A DNA stretch of 64,000 nucleotides from Bacteroidota bacterium (GCA_018268195.1 JAFDWZ010000039.1:6859-70858); one strand, 5' to 3'. Shown: positions 10,246 to 20,232, counted from the stretch's first letter. Made by a program: numbers and translations. Notes: generated by a model not told the origin, from the letters alone.

Positions 10246-10250
10246 TCATA

Positions 10251-11204
10251 TTGCCTGGTGCTACACTGAATAAATTCAAATGGAAAGGCAATAATGCATT
10301 GCCTATATTTCTTATTTGTGTTCTTATATCAGTAGTATTCTGGATTCTTTATTCTTTAAACAAAACTTTTACTTATCCGGTAAAATATTCACTTGCTGTT
10401 ACCAATATTCCATACAGCAAACGGGTTATTAACGACATTCCGGACAAAGCCACTATAACTGTAAGAGCGCGCGGCTTTGAACTGTTATGGTTTTTGCTGG
10501 GAAGAGAAAAAAAGGAAATGGTGATTGATGTGAATAGCTATCATGCTTCTGACGATATTGTATATGTCGGTTTGCTACCCGTTTTTCAAAGTCGTTTGCG
10601 GGCAAACAACTCTTCATTCGAAATCATCTCCACTGCACCCGACTCACTGGTGTTGTTTCTATCAGTAAAATATGTAAAAAAAGTACCGGTGAAAGCAGAT
10701 ATCACTTATGATATTCGCAAGAACTTTGGTTTGTATGCCGAACCCTACACTACTCCTGACAGTGTGTTTGTTTCAGGAGAAAAAAGTATTGTGGACACTA
10801 TCAGCTCAATAAAAACTCAACCGGCAATTTACAAATCCTTAGACAACGACACGCGATCAACCTTAACACTGATATCGCCCTCAAAGGATGTAAGGCTCTC
10901 CGAAAAATCCGTTTCGCTGGTTATTCCCGTTGATGAGTTTATTGAAAAAAACATAACGTTGCCTGTGAGTTACAAGCAACCCGGTGCCCGAAAAATACTG
11001 CTGATCCCCGATCATGTAAAAATCACTTACAAAGTACCCTTGAAATATATAGATACCATATCGGAAGAATCTTTCGGCATAAAGGTAAGTCCGAAAAGTT
11101 TCTTGGAAGAAGGAAGACTGGCTATTGAGATAAGCAGCAAACCCTTACACACTACCGTAAGTACTATTATCCCCTCGACAGTAGATTGTTATATTGAAAA
11201 ATAA
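10251..11204 (+). CDS. YbbR-like domain protein (membrane anchored)
   Basis: 317 aa with an N-terminal TM and repeated beta-rich modules. The position between yajC and coaE is conserved in Bacteroidota. The TTG start is uncertain. Confidence 0.5.
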   Translation: MPGATLNKFKWKGNNALPIFLICVLISVVFWILYSLNKTFTYPVKYSLAVTNIPYSKRVINDIPDKATITVRARGFELLWFLLGREKKEMVIDVNSYHASDDIVYVGLLPVFQSRLRANNSSFEIISTAPDSLVLFLSVKYVKKVPVKADITYDIRKNFGLYAEPYTTPDSVFVSGEKSIVDTISSIKTQPAIYKSLDNDTRSTLTLISPSKDVRLSEKSVSLVIPVDEFIEKNITLPVSYKQPGARKILLIPDHVKITYKVPLKYIDTISEESFGIKVSPKSFLEEGRLAIEISSKPLHTTVSTIIPSTVDCYIEK

Positions 11205-11788
11205 TGAGGGCTGTAGGTTTAACAGGCGGAATTGGTTCAGGAAAAACATTTGTTGCATCCCTATTTAACAAGTTAGGCATTCCGGTTTATGATGCTGACT
11301 CCGCTGCCAAACAGCTCATGAACACGAATAGTGAATTAAAGCATCAGCTTCAACAATTACTTGGCGATGACATTTATACGAAAGAAGAAAATCTGGATCG
11401 TAAAAAAATGTCGAATCTCATTTTTAACAATGATGAACTGAGAAAAAAAGTAAATGCATTGGTTCATCCGCAGGTGCAACTTGATTTCGAAAAATGGCTG
11501 ACCTTGCAGAATGCACCGTTTATACTTAAAGAATCAGCTATCATGTATGAAGCAGGTGCCGACAAAGGTTTGGATACTGTTATTTGTGTGACTGCTCCCG
11601 TTGAATTAAGGATAAAACGTACTGTTGCAAGAGACAATAGCGATGTTGCTAAAGTGCATGCCATTATTCAGGCTCAGATGGATGATGAAACCAGAAACAG
11701 GAAATGTGCATTCGTGATTGTGAATGACGACCAAGTTGCCTTACTTCCGCAAGTGCTTTCCGTATATCAGAAATTATTAAACGGGTAA
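11204..11788 (+). CDS. coaE: dephospho-CoA kinase
   Basis: 194 aa with the P-loop GLTGGIGSGKT and CoaE-length architecture. Confidence 0.9.
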   Translation: MRAVGLTGGIGSGKTFVASLFNKLGIPVYDADSAAKQLMNTNSELKHQLQQLLGDDIYTKEENLDRKKMSNLIFNNDELRKKVNALVHPQVQLDFEKWLTLQNAPFILKESAIMYEAGADKGLDTVICVTAPVELRIKRTVARDNSDVAKVHAIIQAQMDDETRNRKCAFVIVNDDQVALLPQVLSVYQKLLNG

Positions 11789-11835
11789 CACGTTTACAGT
11801 TGATTTTTTAACTGAGAATTCAGGTAACAGCTTTT

Positions 11836-13488
11836 CTATTTTTTTTCTTCAGTAACAGAGAGCTTATCATCATTCGTCCTTTCTGAATGTTCAACGGCTA
11901 TAGTGAAAGCTTTGTCATGAAGTAAGGTGATGCGGTAATATCCGTCATTGCCAAAAAGCAAACGTGCAATATTTGCCTTAAGCTGATTGCTGATTAATGA
12001 TTTGGAAGCACTAATGTTTTTCTCTTCAGGGCGCACCTTATTGCTGATGGCATAAGCAATAAAATCACTGAATATTTTAGGCTCTGTACTAAAATTTTTC
12101 TCAAACTGATCAATGCTTTTATATACGCTAAGTTTGTTGCGGTTGCGATCTACATAATCATAACAAAAACGATTGACGATACCCAGTGCAAAAATAGCCC
12201 TTGAAAATTCATTATCGGAAGCAGTATCAATAGGCACAAACACATCGGGCATAATGCCTCCTCCACCGTAAACAATTTTTCCTCCCGGGGTTTTAAATCG
12301 GAGCGAATCATTAAAGTGTGTACTGTCAGCATTGAGCATTTCGCCATGTTTGTAACGCTCTATCACTTCATCGTCATAAGCCAGAGTACCATCCTTGTAA
12401 GGTTTCTGAATACTTCTTCCTGTAGGTGTGTAATACCTTGCCACAGTAAGACGCATTGCTGAACCGTCAGGAAACAATGTTTGCTCCTGCACCAATCCTT
12501 TACCAAACGATCTTCTGCCTATCACTTCAGCTCTGTCCCAATCCTGCAATGCTCCTGTAAGAATTTCAGATGCCGAGGCAGAACCTTCATCAATAAGGAC
12601 AAACAGTTTTCCGTTTTCAAAAGTTCCTTCTCCGTTTGAATAATAATTTTTTCGCGGACGAGCCTTACCTTCCGTGTACACAATAAGTTTTTTGCCTTTC
12701 AGAAACTCGTTTGCCAGCGCAGTAGCTGCATCCAGATAACCACCGGGATTGCCTCTTAAATCAATAATCAGATTTTGTGCTGATTGCTCTTTGAGTTTAC
12801 TCAAAGCATCCATAAACTCTTCATAAGTGTTGGCGGCAAACCTTGAAATTTTAATGTATCCGGTGTTAGACGTTGCCATGAAGGAAGTCTCAATGCTTCG
12901 GATAGGAATTTTACCTCTGACAATGGTAAAATCGAGTAGTGTGTTAAGGCCACTGCGTTTTACTTTTATTGCAACTTTTGTTCCTTCCTGCCCACGCAAA
13001 TATTTAAAAACATCTTCGTTCTTGATACCAATGCCTGCCACATTATTACCATCCACTTCCACAATGCGGTCACCGGGGCGCAAACCAATAGTTTCAGACG
13101 GCCCACCCGCAATGGTTGACACCACCATGATGGTATCGTACTGTATGTGAAACTCTATACCAATGCCTTCAAAATTTCCTTCCAATGGTTCGTTTACCGA
13201 CTGAAGTTCGTCAGCAGGAATATAGGAAGAATGGGGGTCGAGGTTTTGCAGAATTTGTGTAATGGTATTATCCACTATCTGCTGCTGGTTGATGGTATCC
13301 ACATATTCCTGACGAATGTAATTTATAACGTCATTGATTTTGTTGAATCCTGCAGGAGTACTGCGGCTGAATAAAATATTGCGGCTGCCATTGAAAGAGC
13401 CACTAAGTGATACCCCAATAAGTATGCCTGCGGCAATGAATAAGGAAAACCATAATGGTCTGAAATTTTTACGTTGTTCGGGATCCAT
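11836..13488 (-). CDS. S41 family C-terminal processing peptidase
   Basis: 550 aa with an N-terminal TM, a PDZ segment (GLRPGDRIVEVDG) and S41 catalytic motifs (DLRGNPGGYL, IDEGSASASEI, SFGKGLVQ). Confidence 0.9.
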   Translation of the reverse strand: MDPEQRKNFRPLWFSLFIAAGILIGVSLSGSFNGSRNILFSRSTPAGFNKINDVINYIRQEYVDTINQQQIVDNTITQILQNLDPHSSYIPADELQSVNEPLEGNFEGIGIEFHIQYDTIMVVSTIAGGPSETIGLRPGDRIVEVDGNNVAGIGIKNEDVFKYLRGQEGTKVAIKVKRSGLNTLLDFTIVRGKIPIRSIETSFMATSNTGYIKISRFAANTYEEFMDALSKLKEQSAQNLIIDLRGNPGGYLDAATALANEFLKGKKLIVYTEGKARPRKNYYSNGEGTFENGKLFVLIDEGSASASEILTGALQDWDRAEVIGRRSFGKGLVQEQTLFPDGSAMRLTVARYYTPTGRSIQKPYKDGTLAYDDEVIERYKHGEMLNADSTHFNDSLRFKTPGGKIVYGGGGIMPDVFVPIDTASDNEFSRAIFALGIVNRFCYDYVDRNRNKLSVYKSIDQFEKNFSTEPKIFSDFIAYAISNKVRPEEKNISASKSLISNQLKANIARLLFGNDGYYRITLLHDKAFTIAVEHSERTNDDKLSVTEEKK

Positions 13489-13970
13489 TATTTACTTTGT
13501 AATTGTACTCCTGTTACCGGTTTATACTGTTGCACTTCCACATGAAACTGTCGCAGAAAATCAACGCCCTCATCAGATGCTATTCCTTTGTACTCAGCAT
13601 AAGAATTTAAAAAGATGACCTTTTTGATGCCTGAAGTAAAAACCACCTTGGCACATGCTAAACATGGTGATAAGGTAACATACAAAGTAGCACCTTCTAC
13701 AGATACATTATTTTTTGCAGCGTAAAGAATAGCATTTTGCTCAGCATGAATCGCCAGTGAGCAGCCCCCTTTGCTGTCGCGCGGGCAACCATTTTCCGGC
13801 CATTCCATGTCGCAATTGTGCGTACCTGCAGGCGGACCATTGTAGCCTAAAGAAATAATTCGTGTGTCTTTGGTGAGTACTGCACCAACCTGCATTTTTA
13901 CGCAATGTGATTTGCGAGCAAGAGTTTGTGCGAGATCCATATAAATATCGTCAAAGGCGGGAGCGTCCAT
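13488..13970 (-). CDS. deoxycytidylate (dCMP) deaminase
   Basis: CMP/dCMP deaminase zinc motifs HAEQNAI and PCLACAK. Start moved to the ATG at 13970 (MDAPAFDDIYMDLA) because the track start overlaps the tRNA-Leu terminator hairpin. Confidence 0.85.
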   Translation of the reverse strand: MDAPAFDDIYMDLAQTLARKSHCVKMQVGAVLTKDTRIISLGYNGPPAGTHNCDMEWPENGCPRDSKGGCSLAIHAEQNAILYAAKNNVSVEGATLYVTLSPCLACAKVVFTSGIKKVIFLNSYAEYKGIASDEGVDFLRQFHVEVQQYKPVTGVQLQSK

Positions 13971-13987
13971 ACGCATGATGCTAATAA

Positions 13988-14029
13988 TTAAAAACAAAGC
14001 CTCCTGCCCGAAGGTTTAGGAAGGAGGCT
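13988..14029 (-). terminator. intrinsic terminator after tRNA-Leu
   Basis: AGCCTCCT (13998-14005) pairs with AGGAGGCT (14022-14029). The minus strand then reads TTTGTTTTT. Confidence 0.6.
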
Positions 14030-14039
14030 GAAGATTTAG

Positions 14040-14123
14040 TACCCGGAGCCGGGATCGAACCGGCATGAGGTTTAGCTCACTGGTGTTTGAGACCAGCGCG
14101 TCTACCAATTCCGCCATCCGGGT
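14040..14123 (-). tRNA. tRNA-Leu (anticodon CAA)
   Basis: The reverse complement folds as a cloverleaf: acceptor ACCCGGA/TCCGGGT, anticodon stem CTGGT/ACCAG with loop CTCAAAC, a long variable arm, T-arm GCCGG-TTCGATC-CCGGC, discriminator A. 84 nt. Confidence 0.95.
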
Positions 14124-14421
14124 AAAATTTTTAAATTTATTAAAGAACGATTTTCAAAACCTTTTTGTAACCGATGATGAAAATGAGGCTGCGAAAATAG
14201 AAAATTTCACTTAAACATAAAGCCCTTAACTGACAATTTAATGAATGTCTGCATTTTTTTAAAAATTGGGATAACATCAAACAACATAGCAGAATTGAGG
14301 AAGTTAATAAAAGGAAATAACTGACACTTGAATTGATTATAGGATATTAAAAAAACTTTTTAATAATTTTGATTAGAAATTAAATCAACATAAGTTAGAA
14401 AGTTCAAATAATCTTCAAATC

Positions 14422-14925
14422 TTGAACAACATACTTGAAACCGAAAGGCTGCATTTAAGACCTTTAGGCATGCATGACTGCAGTTTTATTCTCGAATTGC
14501 TAAACACACCCGGATGGCTGCAGTTTATTGGCGACAGAAATGTGCATGACAAACAAGATGCAGAAAAATATATACAAAAAACCTTAGACAATCCAGGTTA
14601 TACGTGCATTGTTTTTGAACTAAAGGAAACCGGACATGCCATAGGAGTTATTTCATTCCTGTATAGAGAAAATCATAAATTTCCTGATATTGGGTTTGCC
14701 ATGTTGCCTGCATTTGAAAAAAAGGGCTATGCTTTTGAAGCAAGCCGAAAAATTCTAAGCGAAATTGAAAATAAAAAAATATCGCCCAAGGTTATTGCCA
14801 TAACACTCCCATCCAATAAAAACTCCATTCAACTGATTGAAAAACTTGGATTGCGTTTTGAAAGTACTTTTACTGAAAACTCCGAAGTTCTGAATCTATA
14901 TTCCATCACATTTAGCATCCATTAA
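14422..14925 (+). CDS. GNAT family N-acetyltransferase (RimJ/RimL-like)
   Basis: 167 aa with an N-terminal LETERLHLRPL, typical of the Acetyltransf_3 family, and KKGYAFEA in the acetyl-CoA binding region. TTG start. Confidence 0.8.
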   Translation: MNNILETERLHLRPLGMHDCSFILELLNTPGWLQFIGDRNVHDKQDAEKYIQKTLDNPGYTCIVFELKETGHAIGVISFLYRENHKFPDIGFAMLPAFEKKGYAFEASRKILSEIENKKISPKVIAITLPSNKNSIQLIEKLGLRFESTFTENSEVLNLYSITFSIH

Positions 14926-15122
14926 GCTTATTGCCCCTGCAATTTGCTTTTCTGATTCCTGAAAGACCCGCTTCAATAGCCAGTTTGCCTTACTTAATCA
15001 ACAGATAATGAGAAAGATATAAGGAATCGCTCTAGTACTAAATCCTTCACAAAAAATCAACAAAACAGTTTGATAGTAGGCGAATTTTTTCTTTCTTTGC
15101 AGCCCTTTCAGAATCCCCAAAC

Positions 15123-16058
15123 ATGGCAAGAGAAGTAAAATTGTTTTCAGGTGAAGCTACACGCTACCTTGCTGAAAATATAGCATTAAGTTACGGATTA
15201 CCACTGGGCGATGTAGAAGTTTCGCGATTCAGTGATGGTGAATTTTCTCCATATTTTGAAGAAACGGTAAGAGGTTGCGATGTTTTTATCATTCAGTCAA
15301 CTTTTTCGCCTACAGATAATTTATTTGAATTATTGCTGCTGATTGATGCTGCAAAACGTGCTTCGGCACATTACATCACAGCGGTGATACCTTATTTCGG
15401 ATTTGCACGCAGCGACCGTAAGGATAAACCAAGGGTAGCTATTGCCAGCAAACTGGTAGCCAATCTGCTTACTGCAGCCGGAGTAACACGTGTGATGACA
15501 ATGGACCTTCATGCTCCTCAGATTCAGGGATTTTTTGATGTACCCGTAGATCATCTGGATGCGTCATCCATCTTTGTTCCATATATAAAAAACCTCAACC
15601 TTCCCAACCTGCTGATAGCAGCACCTGATATGGGAGGTGTGCACCGCGCACGCGAATACGCCAAATTTTTTAATGCTGAAATGGCTATCTGCGACAAACA
15701 TCGCAAACGTGCCAATGAAGTTGCAAGTATGCAGGTAATAGGAGATGTAACCGGAAAAGATGTTATTCTGGTGGATGACATTGTGGATACTGCAGGAACA
15801 CTTACAAAAGCTGCTGAACTTCTGGTAGAAAAAGGTGCAAATACTGTCAGAGCTTTTTGTACGCATGCCGTACTTTCAGGAAAAGCTTATGAAACCATAG
15901 AAAACTCTAAGCTTACAGAGCTCATTGTTACCGACACTATTCCATTAAAGAAAAAATCTGCGAAAATTGTTCAACTATCCACTGCTGAATTGTTTTCGTA
16001 TGCTATACGCAGGGTGTATGAATATTCATCCATCAGTAATCTGTTTGTTAAATCTTAA
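15123..16058 (+). CDS. prs: ribose-phosphate pyrophosphokinase
   Basis: 311 aa with motifs YFGFARSDRK, DLHAPQIQGFF and VDDIVDTAGT. Confidence 0.95.
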   Translation: MAREVKLFSGEATRYLAENIALSYGLPLGDVEVSRFSDGEFSPYFEETVRGCDVFIIQSTFSPTDNLFELLLLIDAAKRASAHYITAVIPYFGFARSDRKDKPRVAIASKLVANLLTAAGVTRVMTMDLHAPQIQGFFDVPVDHLDASSIFVPYIKNLNLPNLLIAAPDMGGVHRAREYAKFFNAEMAICDKHRKRANEVASMQVIGDVTGKDVILVDDIVDTAGTLTKAAELLVEKGANTVRAFCTHAVLSGKAYETIENSKLTELIVTDTIPLKKKSAKIVQLSTAELFSYAIRRVYEYSSISNLFVKS

Positions 16059-16076
16059 ATTATAAATATCAATACA

Positions 16077-16688
16077 ATGAAATCATTAACGATTAAAGGT
16101 ACCAAAAGAGTAGGCCTTACCAAACAAGAGTTGAAAAAACTCCGTGCCGATGGTAAAGTACCATGCGTGTTATACGGTGGGAAAGAAAACGTGCACTTCA
16201 GCACTACGGCATTAGAACTTCGTAATCTGGTGTATTCACCCAACGTTTACACGGTTAATCTGGAATTAGACGGAGAGCAACATCATGCAATCATGAAAGA
16301 TTTGCAGTTTCATCCTGTATCGGATAAAATTCTGCACATTGACTTTCTTGAACTTGATAACAACAAAGCGGTTTCAATAGCTGTTCCTGTAATTATCAAA
16401 GGTAGCTCTGAAGGAGTGAAACAAGGAGGAAAACTTATTCAGAAAATGCGTAAGATGAACATCCGTGCATTGCCGTCACATCTTCCTGATGCTATTGAAA
16501 TAGATGTTACTCCTCTGGGAATTGGTCAGGCAGTAAAAGTATCCATGATACAACGTGAAAACATCACTTTGCTTGATTCGCCAAACAATATTATTGTTGC
16601 TGTGCGCACAACACGTAACGTTGCAGAAGAAGCTCCTGCTGCTGCTGCTGCTGCCGCTGCTCCAGCTGCTGCAAAACCGGCAAAATAA
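16077..16688 (+). CDS. rplY: 50S ribosomal protein L25 (Ctc form)
   Basis: 203 aa with L25/Ctc N and C domains (RADGKVPCVLYG, HPVSDKILHIDF). It follows prs and precedes pth, as in many bacteria. Confidence 0.95.
   Translation: MKSLTIKGTKRVGLTKQELKKLRADGKVPCVLYGGKENVHFSTTALELRNLVYSPNVYTVNLELDGEQHHAIMKDLQFHPVSDKILHIDFLELDNNKAVSIAVPVIIKGSSEGVKQGGKLIQKMRKMNIRALPSHLPDAIEIDVTPLGIGQAVKVSMIQRENITLLDSPNNIIVAVRTTRNVAEEAPAAAAAAAAPAAAKPAK
16632..16673 (+). repeat. codon-aligned (GCT)n tract encoding the poly-Ala tail of L25
   Basis: gct cct gct gct gct gct gct gcc gct gct cca gct gct gca, in frame with rplY (APAAAAAAAAPAAA). Confidence 0.8.
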
Positions 16689-16709
16689 CACTTGTAAATT
16701 AATTGGAAG

Positions 16710-16740
16710 GCCGGGTATTATATATCCGGCTTTTTATTTT
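16710..16740 (+). terminator. intrinsic terminator after rplY
   Basis: GCCGGGTAT-TAT-ATATCCGGC hairpin (16710-16730) followed by TTTTTATTTT. Confidence 0.7.
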
Positions 16741-16751
16741 AGAGCACAACA

Positions 16752-17318
16752 ATGTCAAAATATTTAATCGCAGGCTTAGGAAATCCCGGAGCTGAATATG
16801 CAGGTACACGCCATAACATTGGTTTTGGTGTGGTAGATTATATTGCACAACAGCATGAATGTAATTTCGTGAGTAGCCGCTACGCACATGTTTGTGAATG
16901 GCGTCATCGTGGCAAACCCGTTTTGCTGATAAAGCCAACAACGTTTATGAATCTTAGCGGAAAAGCAGTGCAGTACTGGATGCAGGCTGAAAAAATTTCA
17001 GCTGAAAATGTACTCATCATCACCGATGACATTGCACTACCTTTTGCTACCTTGCGGCTGCGTGCCAAAGGCAGTGATGGCGGACATAACGGATTGAAAA
17101 GTATTGCAGAATGTTTAGGTCACACTCAGTTTTCGCGATTGCGTTTTGGAGTAGGTAATGATTTTCCTAAAGGCAGGCAAGCAGATTATGTTCTGGGTCA
17201 TTGGACTTCGGAAGAGCTTTCTGCAATTCCTGAAAAACTTAAACTGGCAGAAGAAATCGTAAAAAGTTTTATCGGTCATGGTATCACCAAAACCATGAAT
17301 GACTTTAATAGCAGATAA
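16752..17318 (+). CDS. pth: peptidyl-tRNA hydrolase
   Basis: 188 aa with GLGNPGAEYAGTRHNIGF and GGHNGLKS motifs. Confidence 0.95.
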   Translation: MSKYLIAGLGNPGAEYAGTRHNIGFGVVDYIAQQHECNFVSSRYAHVCEWRHRGKPVLLIKPTTFMNLSGKAVQYWMQAEKISAENVLIITDDIALPFATLRLRAKGSDGGHNGLKSIAECLGHTQFSRLRFGVGNDFPKGRQADYVLGHWTSEELSAIPEKLKLAEEIVKSFIGHGITKTMNDFNSR

Positions 17319-17328
17319 TTTTTATACA

Positions 17329-18156
17329 TCAGGCAATACTCATCAACAGCCTCACTCCTACTATTCCGAGGCAAACAGCCAGTGCTTTTACAATGACTGT
17401 GTTTTTTACATGGTGCGAAAAATAAGCACCACCCTGCGCTCCGGCAATAACACCCACACATAACCAAACCACAAGGTGCATAATATGGCTGTCGTTATAA
17501 TTTCCCTGAACGGCATGTACTACTACACTGATACTTGCCATCACTGCAAGAATAAAATGTGAAGTAGCAGTGGCCACATGCACAGGAAAATTTAACCAAT
17601 TGACCATTGCAGGTACATGAATGATGCCACCGCCAATACCCAATAACGGAGATATAAACCCGACTACAATGCTGATTAAAATGCCTGCATATTTGTTGTA
17701 AGCGTAATGATAAGTAACATTGGATTTATCGGTAAGTGTTTGCTCTGTAAGATGCGATTGCTGAGTTGTGCTAAGTGAGGCTTGTTTCACTTGCTGTTTT
17801 CTGAAAAATAAAAATACCGACAACAGCAACAGGATGATTCCAAACACAAAACTGAAAATATGGGTTGGAATATACTGAGTAAGAAAAACTCCGAGCACGG
17901 AGCCGGGAATAGTAAACGTTGCAAATAGAATTCCTGCTTTGAAGTCAACACGCCCTGAGCGTGTGTAGGCTATAGAGCCGGAAATGGCATTGCATGCAAC
18001 TACAGCAAGTGAAATAGCAGTAACAAGTTCGGGAGAAAGTTCGGGATGGGTAAAGATGAGCAAAGGCACCAATAAAAAACCACCTCCTGCACCTATAAGC
18101 GTACCGATAAAACCAATTAACAAACCCGTAGCTAATAATACCAGTGCATGATCCAT
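17329..18156 (-). CDS. sulfite exporter TauE/SafE family membrane protein
   Basis: 275 aa, polytopic, with internally duplicated 4-TM halves carrying GxGGG motifs (GAGGGFLLVP, GIGGGIIHVP). Confidence 0.85.
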   Translation of the reverse strand: MDHALVLLATGLLIGFIGTLIGAGGGFLLVPLLIFTHPELSPELVTAISLAVVACNAISGSIAYTRSGRVDFKAGILFATFTIPGSVLGVFLTQYIPTHIFSFVFGIILLLLSVFLFFRKQQVKQASLSTTQQSHLTEQTLTDKSNVTYHYAYNKYAGILISIVVGFISPLLGIGGGIIHVPAMVNWLNFPVHVATATSHFILAVMASISVVVHAVQGNYNDSHIMHLVVWLCVGVIAGAQGGAYFSHHVKNTVIVKALAVCLGIVGVRLLMSIA

Positions 18157-18274
18157 AAGCAGTTTTCAAAGATAGAGATACTTTATTATTCCGAAATCGT
18201 GAGCAAAAACTATTCATTAAGATGAGTGATGCAAATTTGATATTACATGTGCCGATAAGATTTCTATTATTTTG

Positions 18275-18282
18275 TTATTTTT
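18275..18282 (+). promoter_or_regulatory. Bacteroidota -7 promoter box (TAnnTTTG) for tRNA-Pro
   Basis: TATTTTTG lies 27 nt upstream of the tRNA 5' end. Confidence 0.5.
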
Positions 18283-18309
18283 GCAACCTCAAAATTTATT
18301 TACACCGTT

Positions 18310-18383
18310 CGGGGTGTAGCGCAGCCCGGTAGCGTATCAGCATGGGGTGCTGGGGGTCGCTGGTTCGAATCCAGTCACCCCGA
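18310..18383 (+). tRNA. tRNA-Pro (anticodon GGG)
   Basis: Acceptor CGGGGTG/CACCCCG, D-arm GCGC-AGCCCGGTA-GCGT, anticodon stem TCAGC/GCTGG with loop ATGGGGT, T-arm GCTGG-TTCGAAT-CCAGT, discriminator A. 74 nt. Confidence 0.95.
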
Positions 18384-18386
18384 CAG

Positions 18387-18412
18387 AATCCCGCCTCAGC
18401 GGGATTTTTTTT
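18387..18412 (+). terminator. intrinsic terminator after tRNA-Pro
   Basis: AATCCCGC-CTCA-GCGGGATT hairpin followed by a T-run through 18412. Confidence 0.8.
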
Positions 18413-18516
18413 GTCCGAAATATTTATTTTCCGGTTGAACATTTTGCTGTGGATATTATTCATCGTTGCCTTACAAATCCTATGCAATGACTTTATACTT
18501 TTCGCCATTGTAGAAT

Positions 18517-20187
18517 ATGGCACTCAGCAGAATTTGGTCGTATATGATTTTATTCGCTATTGCAGTAGCAGCATACCGCTATGTGCAGGGCGATAAAAAC
18601 ATTTTTAACGACATGGTTACGGAGAAAAAATTGCAGGAAGGTGAATCCTTTCATCAGGTGAATTATTACATGCCTGATACTGCATTGTCATTGTCGGCAA
18701 CTGCCAAACAACTGCGACAAACCAACTGGAAATTGTCAGAAAAATTTAGCGAGGCTCAGTTTATCGTTGTTCAGCCATCAGCAGAAAATACTTTTCGTAC
18801 TCAGCTGACGCAAAAACTTTCTTCCATACAAGTTATCACACTGAATGTATGGAATGCACATCCTGAAACTTCGCGAGTTGTTTATACCGAAGAAGAACCG
18901 CAAGCAGGTATGAATACTACTCATAACCTTTTGCATGCTGATGTAATTGTTACCAATGCCACCAACACCGATTCACTTCGGCAAAACTGGTTAGCTATCA
19001 GTCAGCAACAAAAAGTTATTGCATCCTCTACAGTGGATTTATGGCTTCCGAAAAACATTGATGGTATTTTCGAAACGGGAAAATTTGCAGTAAATATTGC
19101 TATCGGATTAATAGGCACACTTGCTTTATTCATGGGTTTGCTCAATATTGCCGAACGTGCAGGAGGTATCAATGTCATCAGCAGAATTATCAGTCCATTC
19201 TTAAGCAAACTGTTTCCTTCCATTCCCAAAGATCATAGTTCATTCGGTCACATGGTGATGAATTTTTCTGCCAATATGCTCGGCCTCGATAATGCAGCAA
19301 CACCGTTCGGGCTAAAAGCTATGCAAAGCCTGCAGGAGATAAATCCGGATAAAGACCGCGCAAGTGATGCACAGATTATGTTTCTGGCATTGCATGCAGC
19401 AGGGTTAACACTCATCCCTGTATCTATCATTGCAGTGAGAGCGGCCAACGGCTCGCACAACCCAAATGAAATATTTATTCCGCTCATGCTGACAACTTTT
19501 GTCTGCACTCTTACGGCATTAATTTTTACATCACTTAAACAAAAAATCAATCTGCTTCAACCGAAGCTTATCCTTCCGGTGTTTGGACTTAGTGTGGCAG
19601 TAGGTTTGTTTGTTTGGTTTTTACATTCGTTACAACCTTATGCGCTGAATACTTTTTCTGATGCATTCAGCAATGGAGCCATTCTGCTAGTGTTTCTTGC
19701 CATCATTGCCGGAGGTCTTTACAAAAAGATTGATTTATTTGATGCCTTCGTTGAAGGAGCAAAAGGAGGCTTTGAAACTGCTGTGCGCATTATTCCATAC
19801 ATGGTAGGAATGCTTGTTGCCGTGTGTATGCTTCGTACCAGTGGAGCGTTTGATATGGTAATAAATCCGGTAAAACATCTGATTGCTCTTTCGGGCATGG
19901 ATACTCGTTGGGCCGAAGGATTGCCTACTGCTTTGCTGCGACCTTTCAGTGCCGGAGCTGCAAGAGGTTTTATGATAGATGCCATGCGTACTTTCGGGCC
20001 TGACTCCTTTATCGGCAAGCTTACCAGTGTTTTGCAAGGTTCAAGCGAAACAACTTTTTATGTGGTGGCATTATATTTTGGTTCAGTATCCATAAAAGAT
20101 ACACGCTACTCTATTCCCGTAATGCTTTTGGCTGATATGGCAGGCGTTATCTTCTCTATACTAATCTGTTACGCACTCTGGGGATAA
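18517..20187 (+). CDS. nucleoside recognition (Gate) domain membrane protein, fused SpmA/SpmB-like
   Basis: 556 aa. After the first TM and a ~150-aa soluble insert comes a SpmA-like block (AVNIAIGLIGTLALFMGLLNIAERAGGI, ANMLGLDNAATPFGLKAM) and then a SpmB-like block (PYMVGMLVAVCMLRTSGAF, LRPFSAGAARG). Confidence 0.7.
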   Translation: MALSRIWSYMILFAIAVAAYRYVQGDKNIFNDMVTEKKLQEGESFHQVNYYMPDTALSLSATAKQLRQTNWKLSEKFSEAQFIVVQPSAENTFRTQLTQKLSSIQVITLNVWNAHPETSRVVYTEEEPQAGMNTTHNLLHADVIVTNATNTDSLRQNWLAISQQQKVIASSTVDLWLPKNIDGIFETGKFAVNIAIGLIGTLALFMGLLNIAERAGGINVISRIISPFLSKLFPSIPKDHSSFGHMVMNFSANMLGLDNAATPFGLKAMQSLQEINPDKDRASDAQIMFLALHAAGLTLIPVSIIAVRAANGSHNPNEIFIPLMLTTFVCTLTALIFTSLKQKINLLQPKLILPVFGLSVAVGLFVWFLHSLQPYALNTFSDAFSNGAILLVFLAIIAGGLYKKIDLFDAFVEGAKGGFETAVRIIPYMVGMLVAVCMLRTSGAFDMVINPVKHLIALSGMDTRWAEGLPTALLRPFSAGAARGFMIDAMRTFGPDSFIGKLTSVLQGSSETTFYVVALYFGSVSIKDTRYSIPVMLLADMAGVIFSILICYALWG

Positions 20188-20198
20188 ATCCTTTTTAT

Positions 20199-20232
20199 CC
20201 GTAAAAAACCCGCAACATATTGCTTTTTACGG
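20199..20232 (+). terminator. possible terminator after the Gate-domain gene
   Basis: CCGTAAAAA (20199-20207) pairs with TTTTTACGG (20224-20232), with an inner GCAA-CATA-TTGC hairpin followed by TTTTT. The outer stem is AU-rich, so confidence is modest. Confidence 0.4.
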
